Source: the human T2T-CHM13v2.0 reference genome, Homo sapiens
Strand: one strand, 5' to 3'
NCBI RefSeq assembly: GCF_009914755.1
Contig: NC_060943.1
Length of the DNA stretch: 64,000 bases
In this document: in pieces, positions 38,456 to 52,141 of the stretch
Layout: the number at the start of each line of letters is the position of its first letter
Numbering within the stretch: the stretch's first letter is position 1
Made by a program: the position numbers and the translations under genes
Notes under the pieces: generated by a model
The model's input: the letters and a program-made list of their open reading frames with translations, nothing else
What the model was told of the DNA's origin: nothing
Database searches by the model: none

Positions 38456-38697
38456 GTTGGGTGGATTCTTTGTTGCCCAATAGGCTCCCAAGGCCACCCT
38501 CTCCAGCTGCTGGGAGTCTAATTTCAACCCTGTCTCCTCAAATCTTGTGCCCCTGAACAAGTGATTTGGCCTTGCTGATGGTCTCAACATGGTCTGAGAG
38601 TCCCTGTGCTGTCTTCCCTAATGCCAAAATGGACTTGGCAATGAGTGGAGGCTTCTTAGTCGCCCCAGCCTGGATGCCCTAACCAAGTTTGGGTCTA

Positions 38698-39058
38698 CTT
38701 TTTATGTTTTTTTAAAGACAAATTTTCACTCAGTCACCCAGGCTGGAGTGAAGTGGCACAATCTTGGCTCACTGCAAACTGCCTCCGTGGTTCAAGCCAT
38801 TCTTGTGCCTCAGCCTCTCAAGTAGCTGGGACTACAGGCATGAGCCACCATGCCTGGCTAATTTTTGTATTTTTAGTAGAAATAGGGTTTTGCCATGTTG
38901 GCTAGTCTGGTCTTCAACTCCTGACCTCAGGTGATCTGCCTGCCTTGGCCTCCCAAAGTAATGGGATTACGGATGTGAGCCACCATGTCTGGCTAATTTT
39001 TATATTTTTAGCAGAGATGGGGTTTTGCCAGGTTGGCCAGGTTGGTCTCGAACTCCTG
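38698..39058 (-). mobile_element. AluS plus an extra partial left arm
   Basis: Full dimer 38698-38993, then a repeated linker/left-arm piece 38994-39058. Confidence 0.9.
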
Positions 39059-40379
39059 CCACATTTGGGTCTTCCCACACATGCTAGTGGTGCTGAATCG
39101 GGGTGGTTTGGCTCCATCTGAGATAATGGGAACATCCTGGCTGCTCTTGAAAGTTCTGCCTTAGACCCAACTGCATCTCCCTTGAGGTCTCTGCCCTTCA
39201 TTGTCTTCTTTCCATCTCCTGCATTGCTCCAGCCGAGGTCCCTTTTGCTCTAAAGGAGTGGGACAGGAACAAAAACTGGTGAACTTTCTTACAGGAAAGA
39301 AAAGCATGAAACCTTGAGTGCCCCTTAACAAGGTGGGAGATGGCTTGTCTCTGTTCTGGACCTCCCGAAGTTGTTCACTTCAAGTTTTGACCCCCTGAGG
39401 GCCTCCTGTGTGCAAAACGCTGTGCCAGTGCTGGAGGGACAAAGGTGTGGGCCTGTGTCTTGTCTCTCCCAAAGGATGTTGACAGGGGTCTGGATTTCCC
39501 AGAGTCCCAGGCATAAGGAGTGTGGGGAGGGGGTGATAGCTCCAGCCCTGTCCAATGCTTTGGTCCTGAAGATGGGCAGTTGGAAATAACACATGTGCCG
39601 TCACCTTGAAAACCTCGGTCAAATATTGTTTGAAATATGGAGGTGATGGTTATTATTTTTATGTCCCAAATGTGATTTGTTTTGAAGTTTGTGTATTCTC
39701 CTGACTAGAGCTTTCCTGACAATACCGTGGGAAGGTTTGAGTAAGGCATCCCTCTCCCACTTTTGTTTGTGAGGGTCCAGTTGGTCCTGGCCACTTCCTG
39801 AATGGCCTCTGTGTTGGGAGCTCCCGGTGAGGATAAGAAAGAGAAGCCAGCCTGAGCTCTGTGCTGCCCGGCATGATGACAGTGATGTGGTCTTGATTCT
39901 TTGAGCGTCAGTCATGGCTCCCAAGTCTGGCAAAATGGACTCCTGGCTGATGTCTTCTCCACTGAGCCTCTGCAACCCCAGTGCGTCATGGGGGTGTGTT
40001 GAATGCTTTCTGTGGGGTTGATTCCTGTCGCCATAAGGAGGATGGGGTGGGGCAGGGATGTATCATCGTTGCCAGGAGATCTGACAGGTGGAAGGGGTGA
40101 AGGGTGGAGAGGATCATGGGTGAGGACCAGAAAAGGAGGGGTGGGGCTTGAGGGTAGACAAGCAGAAGGGCTGGGGGGTGTAGTGGGCATGCGGTGGGAG
40201 GTGGGACGATGCCCAAGTAGGCTGCTCAGGGGTGGTGCAGGGTGGATGAAGGGAAGAGATGCCATAGGTGGGAGTACTCATTCCACTGGCTGCAGGGGAT
40301 GCTGTAAGGGGTGCTGATGCAGCTTTGCAAAGCCACCAAGGCATGCCTGGGACCTCCTGTGACTGCCCGTCACTCAGGA

Positions 40380-40570
40380 GCTTTCTCTGTGCCAGGCACT
40401 GTGCTAAGTGCCCTACTTACCTTGCCTAATTTCATCTTCACTGGGGAAGTCCTGGCGAAGGAGCTGAGGCTTTTGATCTGTGAATGAGAGAGCTCAGATC
40501 CAGAGGGGTAAAAATTTGCCAGATGTCACAGAGCTGGCCAGTGATGGAGCAGGGACTTCTGAGCCCAGGC
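40380..40570 (-). mobile_element. MIR SINE
   Basis: tgtgccaggcactgtgctaagtgc...tgtcacagagctggccagtgatggagc. Confidence 0.7.
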
Positions 40571-41409
40571 CACCACCGCCGAGGACATGGCCACTCTTCG
40601 TGTTTCCTGCACAGAGCAGCTCCAGCAGGGAGCTGAGCTGAAGACCCCAACAGAAGAAGTCAAGGCAAAATATAGCCCAAGTCCTAGTGCATTCTTCAGG
40701 GAGGGCCTTTCTGTGAAAACAGATTTTTTTTTTTGCCAGCCGTCAGCCTTTTGTCCCATTTTCACATGGCCCAATTAGACAATTGCACCCCCTAATTAGC
40801 CAGCCTTAGGCACTACTTGTTGCCTGCATAGAAATTCACACATGGGGTTAAACGTTGGCAGGAAACTTCGTCCTTGCAAATGGGAGCCGTGGTGTCAGTG
40901 TTGGAGACGGGCCACCCTGCAGTGCATGGCCCAGACCATGCTAAACCCAGCCAGGCCCACGAGCACCCCCGGAGAACCCACGGCTCGGCCCTGAGACACT
41001 GTGAGGCCACGTGAATCTGAGTTATCAGTGGCCAAAAAAGAGGGGAGACACAGAAGAGTCATAAATGTTAACTTTTTTAGCACTCTGTAATTCCAAAGTG
41101 ATTCAACTGATTTGTTTCAAACTCTGCAGGAAAACCCAGCTGTGGCATCAGATGTGAGCCCTCTCAGACCAGAAGGAAATCTCTTGCCCTTCGATGCTTA
41201 GCCTTAAGGCAGTGAGAGGGAGGAAGCTGTGTTCTGATTTCCCTTAGAAGTGCAGCTTCCTGAAGGAGGAGTGTGTGGCATTTTCCAGAAGACTCAGGTC
41301 TGGCTGCTTCTCAGCAAGGAATGGTCCTGAGTCCACCCAGGTGCCCGATGCGTGTTTCTTATTTATTTTAAAATAAATTTATTTATCTAAATTTATATAT
41401 TGTTACATA

Positions 41410-41724
<315 letters not shown>

Positions 41725-41779
41725 TAATAATCAGCACAAACCATGCCCCCAGAGGGAGCTAATATCTCTTGATTAGATC

Positions 41780-42270
41780 AATGCTCCTTTGCATCTCCTA
41801 TGTGCCAGGCACTGTGCTGGGGACTGGGTGACAGGCAAGTTCCTTGTTTAAGTTATGGGGAGGGAGAAGGCAGGGGTGGATAGAGGCTACACAGTCACCT
41901 CATACATGAACAGGATTATTCCCACTGGAAAAAAGTGGAATGTGGCAGGGACAGGGTGCCTCATTCAGATGGGGTGGTCTTGGGAGGCCTCTCTAAGGAA
42001 GTGACGCTTGATCTGGGACTGGCATGGGAAGATGGAGCCAGGCTTCCAGACAGTGGGATCTTGCAGGGCACAGGTCCCAAGGAAGGAACAGGCCTGGCAC
42101 GCTGGAGGATTTGGGGCTGGAGCATGAGGGACCAGGGAGGTGAGATGGGAAATTAGGCCATAATGGCCCCAGGTCCCAGAGCCTTTGCACCATTGCAGGC
42201 TGGGGCAAGGGGCTAATTCCAAGGGCCATAGGAAGCCTCAAAGGGTATGGATGCGGGGTGGTTGATGGGG
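41780..42270 (-). mobile_element. L2 LINE fragment
   Basis: ctatgtgccaggcactgtgctgggg; ggaggcctctctaaggaagtgac. Confidence 0.7.
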
Positions 42271-43529
42271 AACGTTGTAAACAGGCTTTCTTTCCATGGC
42301 AGGGGACAGTGCAAGGGACAGAAGCGTTCAGAGTCTGCAGGGAGGTGGAGCTGACCGGAGCGATCTATGTGGTTCTGTGTATTTCATCTCTTGGCCTGTG
42401 TGTCCCCATCCTAATATCCTTGAAGTATCAAAGCATTGCTAAATAAATACCCATGAAGTTTGCTACAGGGGAAGCCAGCAAAAAGTTCTTAATTTAAATT
42501 CTTGTTTTGGAAGAGAACAAGCAGAGAGAAGAGAATGCTTTCCATTCCCTGGTTTAAGTCTCAATGAAAATGGCCATGTGAGACATTTTGGGTAAAAATG
42601 ACCTTCTTTGGCTCCCATTTTGGCTGATGTGTTCACTTCTTTTCCACGGATTGCTACCTCCCCTCCCTGCTGCCCCCGCCTGCAAAGAGACAGCTCTGCA
42701 TCCATGTCCCATTTCCGTGTTATGGCTAGCGACAGACACAGTTATTAGAAGAAAGTTGTCCGATTTGAATTAAGCATAAACATGTCAGCTTAGTGGTCTG
42801 GACACCTTGTAAGTCCTTGTGCATCATCTGTGCAAAGCTCTTATTTGATGGTTTGATGAAGTTTCGGCAACTGCATGGTCTATCCAGTGCCTCCCGTGCT
42901 TTTTCTCCAAGACATTTGGGTGGAAAATCCACAAAACAATAATAGATCAATACATTTAAATTAGAACTTTCAAAAATTCAATAATGGTATTTACAAATTA
43001 ATAAAGCACTGTAAAGAAAATATCTGCACTTCTTTATTTAGGGATACAGTTAATTTTTTCATTGATTAAGCATTCTTTTGGTGGATGGGATGTGGGCAGG
43101 GAATTTTTTTTTTTTTCTAAGAAGGAAGTTCTGTGTGAAAACTAGAAGTATTTGCGTGTTTTTGGTCCCACTTGTAAGTTACTAATGCATCACCCAGACA
43201 AAGGCCGATAGTGAGGGAAGGAAGTATGGCTTGGCTTGGCAGAAGCTACCGCAGAGGTGGAATCCACTGGATCCCATGTGATCTACATGGTTGTGATGAG
43301 GATGGAGGGAAGGGCAGGTGTACAAATTCCTGCGGTGGGCGGCTCTGACTTCTGAAGCACACAGGTGTTAACTGTGTGAAGGAAATTTGGTATAGGAAAT
43401 TATCATTTAGCAAACATAAACCAGGGAGCTACTCTTCTTTGTGCAAAAGAATTTCCCATAGAAATCCTTAAAATTAGCCCAGATAGTCTTGCACAATTAA
43501 AATCAAATATATTTCTTTTTCTCCTCCTA

Positions 43530-43941
<412 letters not shown>

Positions 43942-44016
43942 TCAGATGGTGAACAACTGAGAAAGAGTTGCTGACAAGTTCCAGGAGGCCCTGTGGAGGT
44001 GGCTGCACCCCACCAA

Positions 44017-44203
44017 CCACTCTGCTAGCTGGATGTGGACACAGCCTAAACCACGTACACACCTGCATGCCTGTGGCCCCAGGGCCTGCTACTCACTTAC
44101 TCCTCCCCTTTATCCTCTCTTCTTCTGCCCACCTTCCTTCCTTTCTTTCTCTCTTTCTCTTTCTTTCTTCCTTTCTTCCTTCCTTTCTTTCTTTCTTTCT
44201 TTC

Positions 44204-44250
<47 letters not shown>

Positions 44251-44593
44251 CTTTCTTTCTTTCTTCTTTCTTTTCTTTCTTTTCTTTCTTTTCTCTTTCT
44301 TTCTCTCTTTCTTTCTTTCTCCTTCTTTCCTTCCTTCCTTCCTTCCTTCCTTCCTTCCTTCCTCCCCCCTCCCTCCCTTCCTTCTTTCTTTCTTTCCTTT
44401 CTTCCTTTCCCTTCCCTTCCCTTCCCTCCCCTCCCCTCCCCTCCCCTCCCCTTCCCTTCCTTCTTCCACTCTACCAGCTGGATGTGGACACAGCCTAAAC
44501 CACATACACCACCTGCATGCCTGTGGCCCCACGGTCTGCTACTCACTTACTCCTCCCCTTTATCCTCTCTTCTTCTGCCCACCTCTTTCTTTC

Positions 44594-44653
<60 letters not shown>

Positions 44654-44878
44654 TCGTTTCCTTCTTTCTTTCTTTCTCCTTCCTTCCTTCCTTCCTTCCT
44701 TCCATCCTCCCTCCCTCCCTCCCTCCCTTCCTTCTTTCCTCCCTCCCTCCCTTTCTTCTTTCTTTCTTTCCTTTCCTCCCTTCCCTTTCCTTCCCCTCCC
44801 CTCCCCTCCCTTCCCCTCCCCTCCCCTCCCCTCCCCTCCCCTCCCCTTCCCTTCCCTTCCTTCCTTTCTTTCTTTCCC
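44017..44878. repeat. Tandem duplication (~449-bp period) of a 118-bp unique segment plus a compound polypyrimidine microsatellite
   Basis: Unique parts 44017-44134 and 44466-44584 are near identical; each is followed by (CTTT)n(CCTT)n(CCCCT)n. Confidence 0.95.
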
Positions 44879-45244
44879 AAAATATTGATTAAGGACCCAT
44901 GGCAGACCACAGGCTGTGTTAATGCTGGGGGCCTGGTGGCGAAGAAGGTGTCATGGCCAAGACCCTCTTGTGGATGCACGATCCCAGTGGGCTGGCACAA
45001 AGTGGACACCCAGTGCTTTTCCTATTGAATCATGTCCTGGGTGGGACCCTGCTTTGGTTGCATGGGACCTTCAGGCATCGATGTGGGTCTGGACACAGGA
45101 TTCTTCTTCCTGCATTGGATGGAAACCAGAAACCCCTGTGGAGCATGAGGGTCAAAGGTCATCCACTTCTTGCACCCTGAGGGTTGAGAGAGGAGGAATG
45201 GCTTGGAATAGGGGTACCAAATGGTGTTTAGAAAATATGTGTTC

Positions 45245-45547
45245 AGCCAGGCATGGTGGCTTACATCTTTAATCTCAGTGCTTTGGGAGGCCAAGGTGGG
45301 AGGATTGCTTAAGGCCAGGAGTTTGAGACTAGCCTGGGCAACAGAGCAAGACACTATCTCCACAAAAATAAAATAATTAGCCAGGCGTGGTGGCATAGCC
45401 TGTAATCCCAGCTACTCAGGAGGCTGAGGTGGGAGGATCCCTTGAGCCCAGGCAGTCGAGGCTGCAGTTTGATCACGTCACTGCCCTCCAGCCTGGGCAA
45501 CAGAGTGAGATATTGTCTCTAAAACAAAAAAAAAAGCAAACAAAAAA
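45245..45547 (+). mobile_element. AluJ
   Basis: Full dimer, J diagnostics, A-tail. Confidence 0.92.
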
Positions 45548-46888
45548 CCCAGCTCCACCTCCCATTGGTTGCCAGTCCTTGTCACCTGCAGGATAAAGGT
45601 CTAACACCCGGACTTGATGTTTGAGGCCTTCCCTGCAGCAGCTGCCCCAGGCATCCTTCTCTTTCATTCAGGGTAGGAAGGGCCTTTCCAGGAGCAGGAG
45701 CAGCCCTGAAATCGGGTGGAAATGGACATGAGGAAGGAAGAGCCGGTGGTGGAGTTTGTCTAGCAACCGCCCAGAGACTGAGGGAGGTGATGACCCGATG
45801 GGGGTCAGTGTGGGTTGTGGTGGCTGAAGCGGGACCAGGGGCCACCTGCCTGGGGCCTGGGTGCCCTGGGAAGCAGTGCTGGTTGCACTGGGGGGACAGC
45901 TGCCTGACGGGTGTCTCCCTGTGGGCTGGGTAACGACCGTTACCCTGGTTGCAGTGCTTCCTCTCTTCTCCTGGAGTTCCTGACTGTCCTCTGTGGCCTT
46001 GTCCTCATTGCTCTTCCCTGCTTCACCCACTGGTTCCAGTCCTTGTCACCTGCAGGATAAAGGTTAACATCCGGACTTGACATTCAAGGCATCTCCCCAG
46101 GCATCCTTCTCCTTCTTCCAGACCCTGCATGACAAGCTGCCATCTCCCAGGGAATGGGCAGGACACACCTGTCCACCCCTGCGTCTTGGCTTTTATTATT
46201 CCTTCTACCCATATTCCACCTACTTCTCCCCAACTTTTGAGACTTGATGGTTTACCCCAGGTGCAACTCCGCCTCCATCATGAATCTCCTGTCTTCTGAA
46301 ATCTGCATGTGCGCATTGCCTGGAGGTCCCTTCAGTGATGCTGCTTTGGGTCCCCAGCTGGGTGGAGCCACAGCCACATAGAGCATCTGGTGCTTAGTGG
46401 GACCCCATGGAGTTATCTGAAGGAGTGGCAGTGCCTGGATCACTGAGCTGGCAGATGGACATCAGGGATCATGTGGCAATGTCCGTCTGTCTCACTCCTA
46501 ACTTAAACTTCGATTTTAAAAAATGTGGCCCAGAGCATTCTGATGTCAGCTGGTGTTGCATCCAAGGCCCCTCAATACTGGTCCCATCCCACCTTCCCAG
46601 CTTCATCTCAGGCAACATCCTTCCATCCCTCAGCCCTTTGCCTACGCTGTCTTAGAAAGCCAGCCACTTTTTCTCCTTCATCTCCACTCCAGAAAACTCC
46701 CTTTCATCCTGCAAGAGCCAGCTGAAAACTCACCTCACTACAGTAGCCAATTCTCACGCTGCTCTGAGTGGAGTTAGCCCCTCACTCAGCTGAGCTTTCA
46801 TCTCTGTTACCTGTGACTCTTCTGACCATGTTATTGTCTCTCTACAGTCTCTCTTTATGAATGTCTGCCCCTCCTGTCTCTTACCTCC

Positions 46889-47177
46889 TTTTTTGAGATA
46901 GGGTCTCACTCTGTCACCCAGGCTGGAGTGCAGTGGAGTGATCATGGGTCACTGAAGAGTCGACCTCTCTGGGCTCAGGTGATCCTCCTACCTCAGCCTC
47001 TCAAGTAGCTGGTACTACAGATGCATGCCACAATGCCTGGCTATATTTTAAATGTTTGGTAGAGAGGGGGTCTCAGTATGTTCCCCAGGCTGTTCTTGAA
47101 CTCCAGAGCTCGAGCAATCCTCCTGCCTTGGCCTCCCAAAATGTTGGGATTATAGGCGTGAGCCATGATGCCTGGCC
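46889..47177 (-). mobile_element. AluJ inserted in L2-like relic sequence
   Basis: Full dimer; flanks resemble L2 3' end (cagggcctggcgcacag...tatttatttg). Confidence 0.9.
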
Positions 47178-50100
47178 TCTTGTCTCTTCTGACATGTAGT
47201 GGGTCTTTGGTCTACATTTGCCAACCTCAATATCTGTAGGTCCCTAGGGCAGGGCCTGGCGCACAGCCAGGGCTATAGGTATTAGGTATTTATTTGTGGC
47301 TTTCAGGAACCGATTTTTGGTGAAAGACACTTGGAAATTAGCCCTGCGTTTCACAGAACACTTCTATTACAGCGGAAACAGTGGCAGTGCTTGTCTGCGG
47401 GTCGCTGGCATGGACAGCAGGGGACTGCTTCCGAGGGCTTATCCAAAGTCACAGCCTATCAGCAATTTTTAAGATAACACATTGACATCTGTGTGTTTAA
47501 GATTCTGGTAAAAAGATGCTAGAGGAAGCAATGTGCAGACGAGAGTCGGTCTGTTTGATGTGTGATTGAAGTGTCAGTGGAGACACACAGAGAAAAGGTG
47601 TTTGGTCAAAGATGAAGCACCGTTTTCATGCTGAAGATCTGCCCTCACTCATGGGCTCCAATGTCCCTTGGCTAGAACCTGTCCAGGCCTCAGTATGGTA
47701 CCAGAGGGAGGCCTGGATGTGGGGAGAAAGGCAGGTGCTTAGCTGATACTTGCAAAGGAAAATTTGCAAAAGGGGCTGTAACAGAGCTGTCGCTGGTTGC
47801 AGCCTGACTTTGAATCTTGCTCTGAGCAGGACCGTGGGGACCCGAGACTTCTGCAGCCCCTGGTTGCTGTGGGCTGGGCCCCAAAGACCCCATTCAGGGA
47901 GGCTGATGCAGGGGCCATGCTTGAGAGATGCCCAGAACCTGCCCTCCCATGGTTGACGGCGGTGAGGGACCCACTGCCTCTTTCCAAGCCATTTATTGCC
48001 ACTTACCACGAGCTTGGCTTACATCTGCTGCTGAGAGCAGAGCGATCCCAATTTGGAAGCCGTGGAGGCCGTTTTTCACCCACACTGACATAAGCCATGA
48101 CTCTCGAAGCTGATGACACACTTGAGATAAGGTCAAATGCTCAACAGAAAGGGACATTTGTTGCTTAATCCCTGTTTGCAGAGAGGCTGCAGACACTAAT
48201 GGCTGGAGGAATATGTGGTCCTTGTCCCCAGGGGACCTGGCTGGAAGGCAGGGCCCTCTCCACTCCATCGCTTGGAAACTACTTACCCTACTGCACAGGA
48301 TATCAGGGAAGAGGCTTGGAAAGCCCAGCCTAGAGAGGGGACTTAGACCCTGCTTGAGGGATGGGGTTGGGGAATGTTCTCGAGACGCAGGTGTCCAGGC
48401 TGCTTGGTCAGTGGGCTTTGGGCCCTGGAGGGGGCTGTGTGATGAGCCAGGCACCAGCTGGGTGTCTGTGTAGATAGGATGGTCCATAGGTGGAGCCCCT
48501 TAGAGGTCTTCTTCCTGCTTCCCATGTAATCTCCTGTGGCTCTCAGATTTTGAGGTCAGGTTTTGAGGCTGTAAGAGGTGCTGATTTGGCCAGGATATAA
48601 GTACTGGGAGAAACACGAGGGGAAAAGAAAAGACAAGGGTGTGTCTATAAGATTTCCCGGGGGAGTGAGTCAGAATGAACGGTGGCCTACTTCAGTCAAC
48701 CTGAGTTAAGATAAAGAAGACCATGGATCGCCTTGGCCTGGGACCTCGGTCAAAGTATCCGTATGGATTTCCTTTCTGGGTCTTGGTGCTGTTGAGGGAG
48801 GTCATGTGACTTTGCCTAAATCAAGTTAGATCTTTCTACAATTATGGATACTCGGTGGGGTTAGGCAGGGGGCTTGGAGGCACCCTCCAGAAGCCTTAAT
48901 GGGGGCGACCCCGCTCCTCCAGCCATTGTGACCACTTTGTAGGGTTTATTGCCCCAGCCCTCATGGTCCACTGGAAGGTGGGAGTTCCACCCCACAGAGA
49001 CCACCCAGCGGTGGCCATGCCCGGGGCTTGCCATCCAGGTGCAGAGCCCTCCACGATCGCCTCGTCCCTCCTGTGCTTGGCAGGGCTTCTTCAACTTCTT
49101 CACTTGGGGGAATTTTCCAGGGCAAGCCAGTGTTGTAGGTCTAAACCCTCACGGTGTTTTCTTGCATGCCAAGGCTGTTGGGAGAAGCTGAATGTGCTGT
49201 TATCAAGAGACCAGTTCTTTAGAAACAAATGCTATGATTTTCAGAATTAGGATGGAGTGTAAGATTCCTTCTTTCTTGGTTAATTTATAGTAGCCAATGG
49301 GAAGACAGAGAGAGATTCCTTTATGGGCTTCCTCCACTTTCCAGGCTTAAAATCATGTGCTGGGCCCTTCTACATCTCATTCAGACAGCTGGCAATGGCC
49401 ATTTATGTAGGGTGAGCTGACCAACTGCAGAGGGCTCTATTTCCTGGAATTCTCCCCTACAAAGCAAGTGTAGCCCCTTCAGGAGGTGTAAAGGCTTGAC
49501 GACCTGTGAGGAAGGAGGGAGTCCCATGCCCCATCTCTCTTGATTTACCAGGCTCCTCTTACCATGAGCCAGAGAACACAAGACTGAGTGTCAGGCCTGC
49601 CTGTTTCCTTTCCTTGGGTGTGGGACCCCCCTAGTGTGAGTTCACCCAGTCCGCACACGTTCCACGTGCCTCCACGAAGCCAGGCCTGGTTCTCCAATTT
49701 CCAAGTAGAGTTCTGGTTTGCGCAGCTTTTCTACTCAAAGGGGGTATGCGGAAGGCCAACCATGTGGTTGGTGATACTCGTGTATAGGGTACATTTGGGG
49801 AGAGGTTTCCTGGGAGGGCGAGCACTTGCATAGAGGGTTATCTTAGTGCCCTTGAAAAATCTAGCGACCATAGATGGGACCTTGCCTCTCCTCTACTCTG
49901 GACACGAGACCCTTGTAAAAAAAAATTCCCTTTTTGCTCAAGATACATGCTCCTCACCCATGGATTTTTAAAAAATCTTGTCCATGCTTCACAGCTCAGA
50001 AATCTCTTAACCTGTTCAGTACAGATACGACTAGTAATGATTTGTCCCCAGGGGCTGTATTATGGTGACACTCATCATGGGCCATTCTCTGCCTTTCTCA

Positions 50101-51794
50101 TTCATGAGAAAGTTCCAGACTGGGCTAAGCGAAGGCCAAGACCAGAACCCTTGAAGGTACTGGCCCAGAAAATGTCCTTTGGGTGAAGAAGTGGTGGTGC
50201 CCTTGGCTCCTGAATCCTAGCAGATTCTTTTTCTAGGGACTCCATTTCTGTCCCACCTAATAGCATCCTGCTGGCCCAAGCAGATAGCAGAGAGCTGCTG
50301 TGGGCCCCTCCAGCTCCCTATCTTCCAGAAGGGCCACTTGGCTGCTGAGTGTGGCGCAGTGACATTTTCCAACTTGAGCTGCTAAGGTCTCTAGAAAAAG
50401 ATTTTTCCAGCAGAATTAGAGAGGAAAGAAGGCTTGCTGTTTCTGATATGTTTTACCTAAGATTTCTCAAATGGCTGCTGGGATCCCAACTCCTCCCAGG
50501 GATTTCCCTCCTCAAAGATATCTTGGTAGATATTCAATGGGGGACCTCAGAGGTGTTCAAGGAAGGACTCCATCTCCATTGAGGCAGGTGCTGTGCAGGG
50601 GAAGGTTTTACTCCTTCCTAAGCACTTACTGTTGCCTGAATCTACTTCCTAGGGGTTAGCTGCAGGGGGGTTAAGGTTGTGTTGAGTAGAGAGAAGAGAA
50701 GAGAAGCCTGCTAATTTGCTTTTTTTCCTTTACTTTAATCTTTAGTTCAGCTGCCCTTAGTATAAACTGGAACTTATAAAATAAAAAAATGCTAGGGACT
50801 TCTCCTCTTTCTCTGTTAATAAGCTCGCATGCTGAAAAAGGTCTAGATGAGAAGAAAAGGAAGCCCAAGTGAGAGTAGCATTAAATAAAACTCTTTAGGG
50901 TGAGGTGGGACCAGGGTGGCAGGCAGCTGCAGGGGAGTTTCAGTGCTAGAAAGTGGAGTTGAACTCTCCAAAGGGAAAGGCTGGAGGGGCTGAAGTGAGT
51001 ACAGGCTCCCCAGCCCCTATGCTGGTCCCCACTTGGCCATGCCAATCTTCCTAGCCAGGCTCTTTGAGAGCAAATCCCACATTCTGCCGGAGAGCTGGAA
51101 ATCCAGTCTTCTTGAGGTCTGAAGGTGCTTTTATGTTTCCAAATCTATCGGAGCCTGGAGTGTCCTCTGTAGCCCTTAGAAACAGTCCATGGCAAAGTCA
51201 GGGATCCCCACTGGCAGAGCAGGAGGCAGGCAGCCCCGTGAGCTTACTGGAGGATTCTAATCAAGTGACTGGGAGGCCGGAGCTCTTGGCATCACCGCCA
51301 GCCCCCGCCCCCATGTTTACACTCAGCCCCCGTTGGCACCAATGGGGATCTCAAACCCAGCCTGGGACCTTGGGAGCATCTATTCCAATGTCAGAATAAA
51401 CAGAAATCCCCACTTGAGAGTGTTATGAATCTTCTCAACACAGCACTTTATAAACCTCGGGGGCTACGTGCCCTTGAGTGCTGGCAGCATTAATATTTAT
51501 TCACTAGGGACCAAGTTTTGCCTGCAGAAGCCCATGCTGGTGCCTGGAAATTCTCCTGTGATCAGAGCCAGAGGCAGAGTCCCAGCTCTTGCACTGCACA
51601 TACCTGGGAAGGTGGTTAGGAGCAGGCCTGGAATCCCTCCCAACACGGCCAAATCACTCACTGCCACTTTGTCCCTGAGGAATTCCAAAACACAATACCA
51701 CAGGATGTCTTGCCCATTTCTGATCCCAGGTCCAAAGGGCCCACCTTCTGCCCCACATCTGTCCCAGTAGACTTGACTTTAAACTGCTTTTGCT

Positions 51795-52141
<347 letters not shown>

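Noticed and set aside
44033-45028. 331-aa ORF and overlapping ORFs on both strands
   Set aside because: Translation of a stop-free pyrimidine microsatellite (F/L/S/P or K/E/R/G runs); not a gene.
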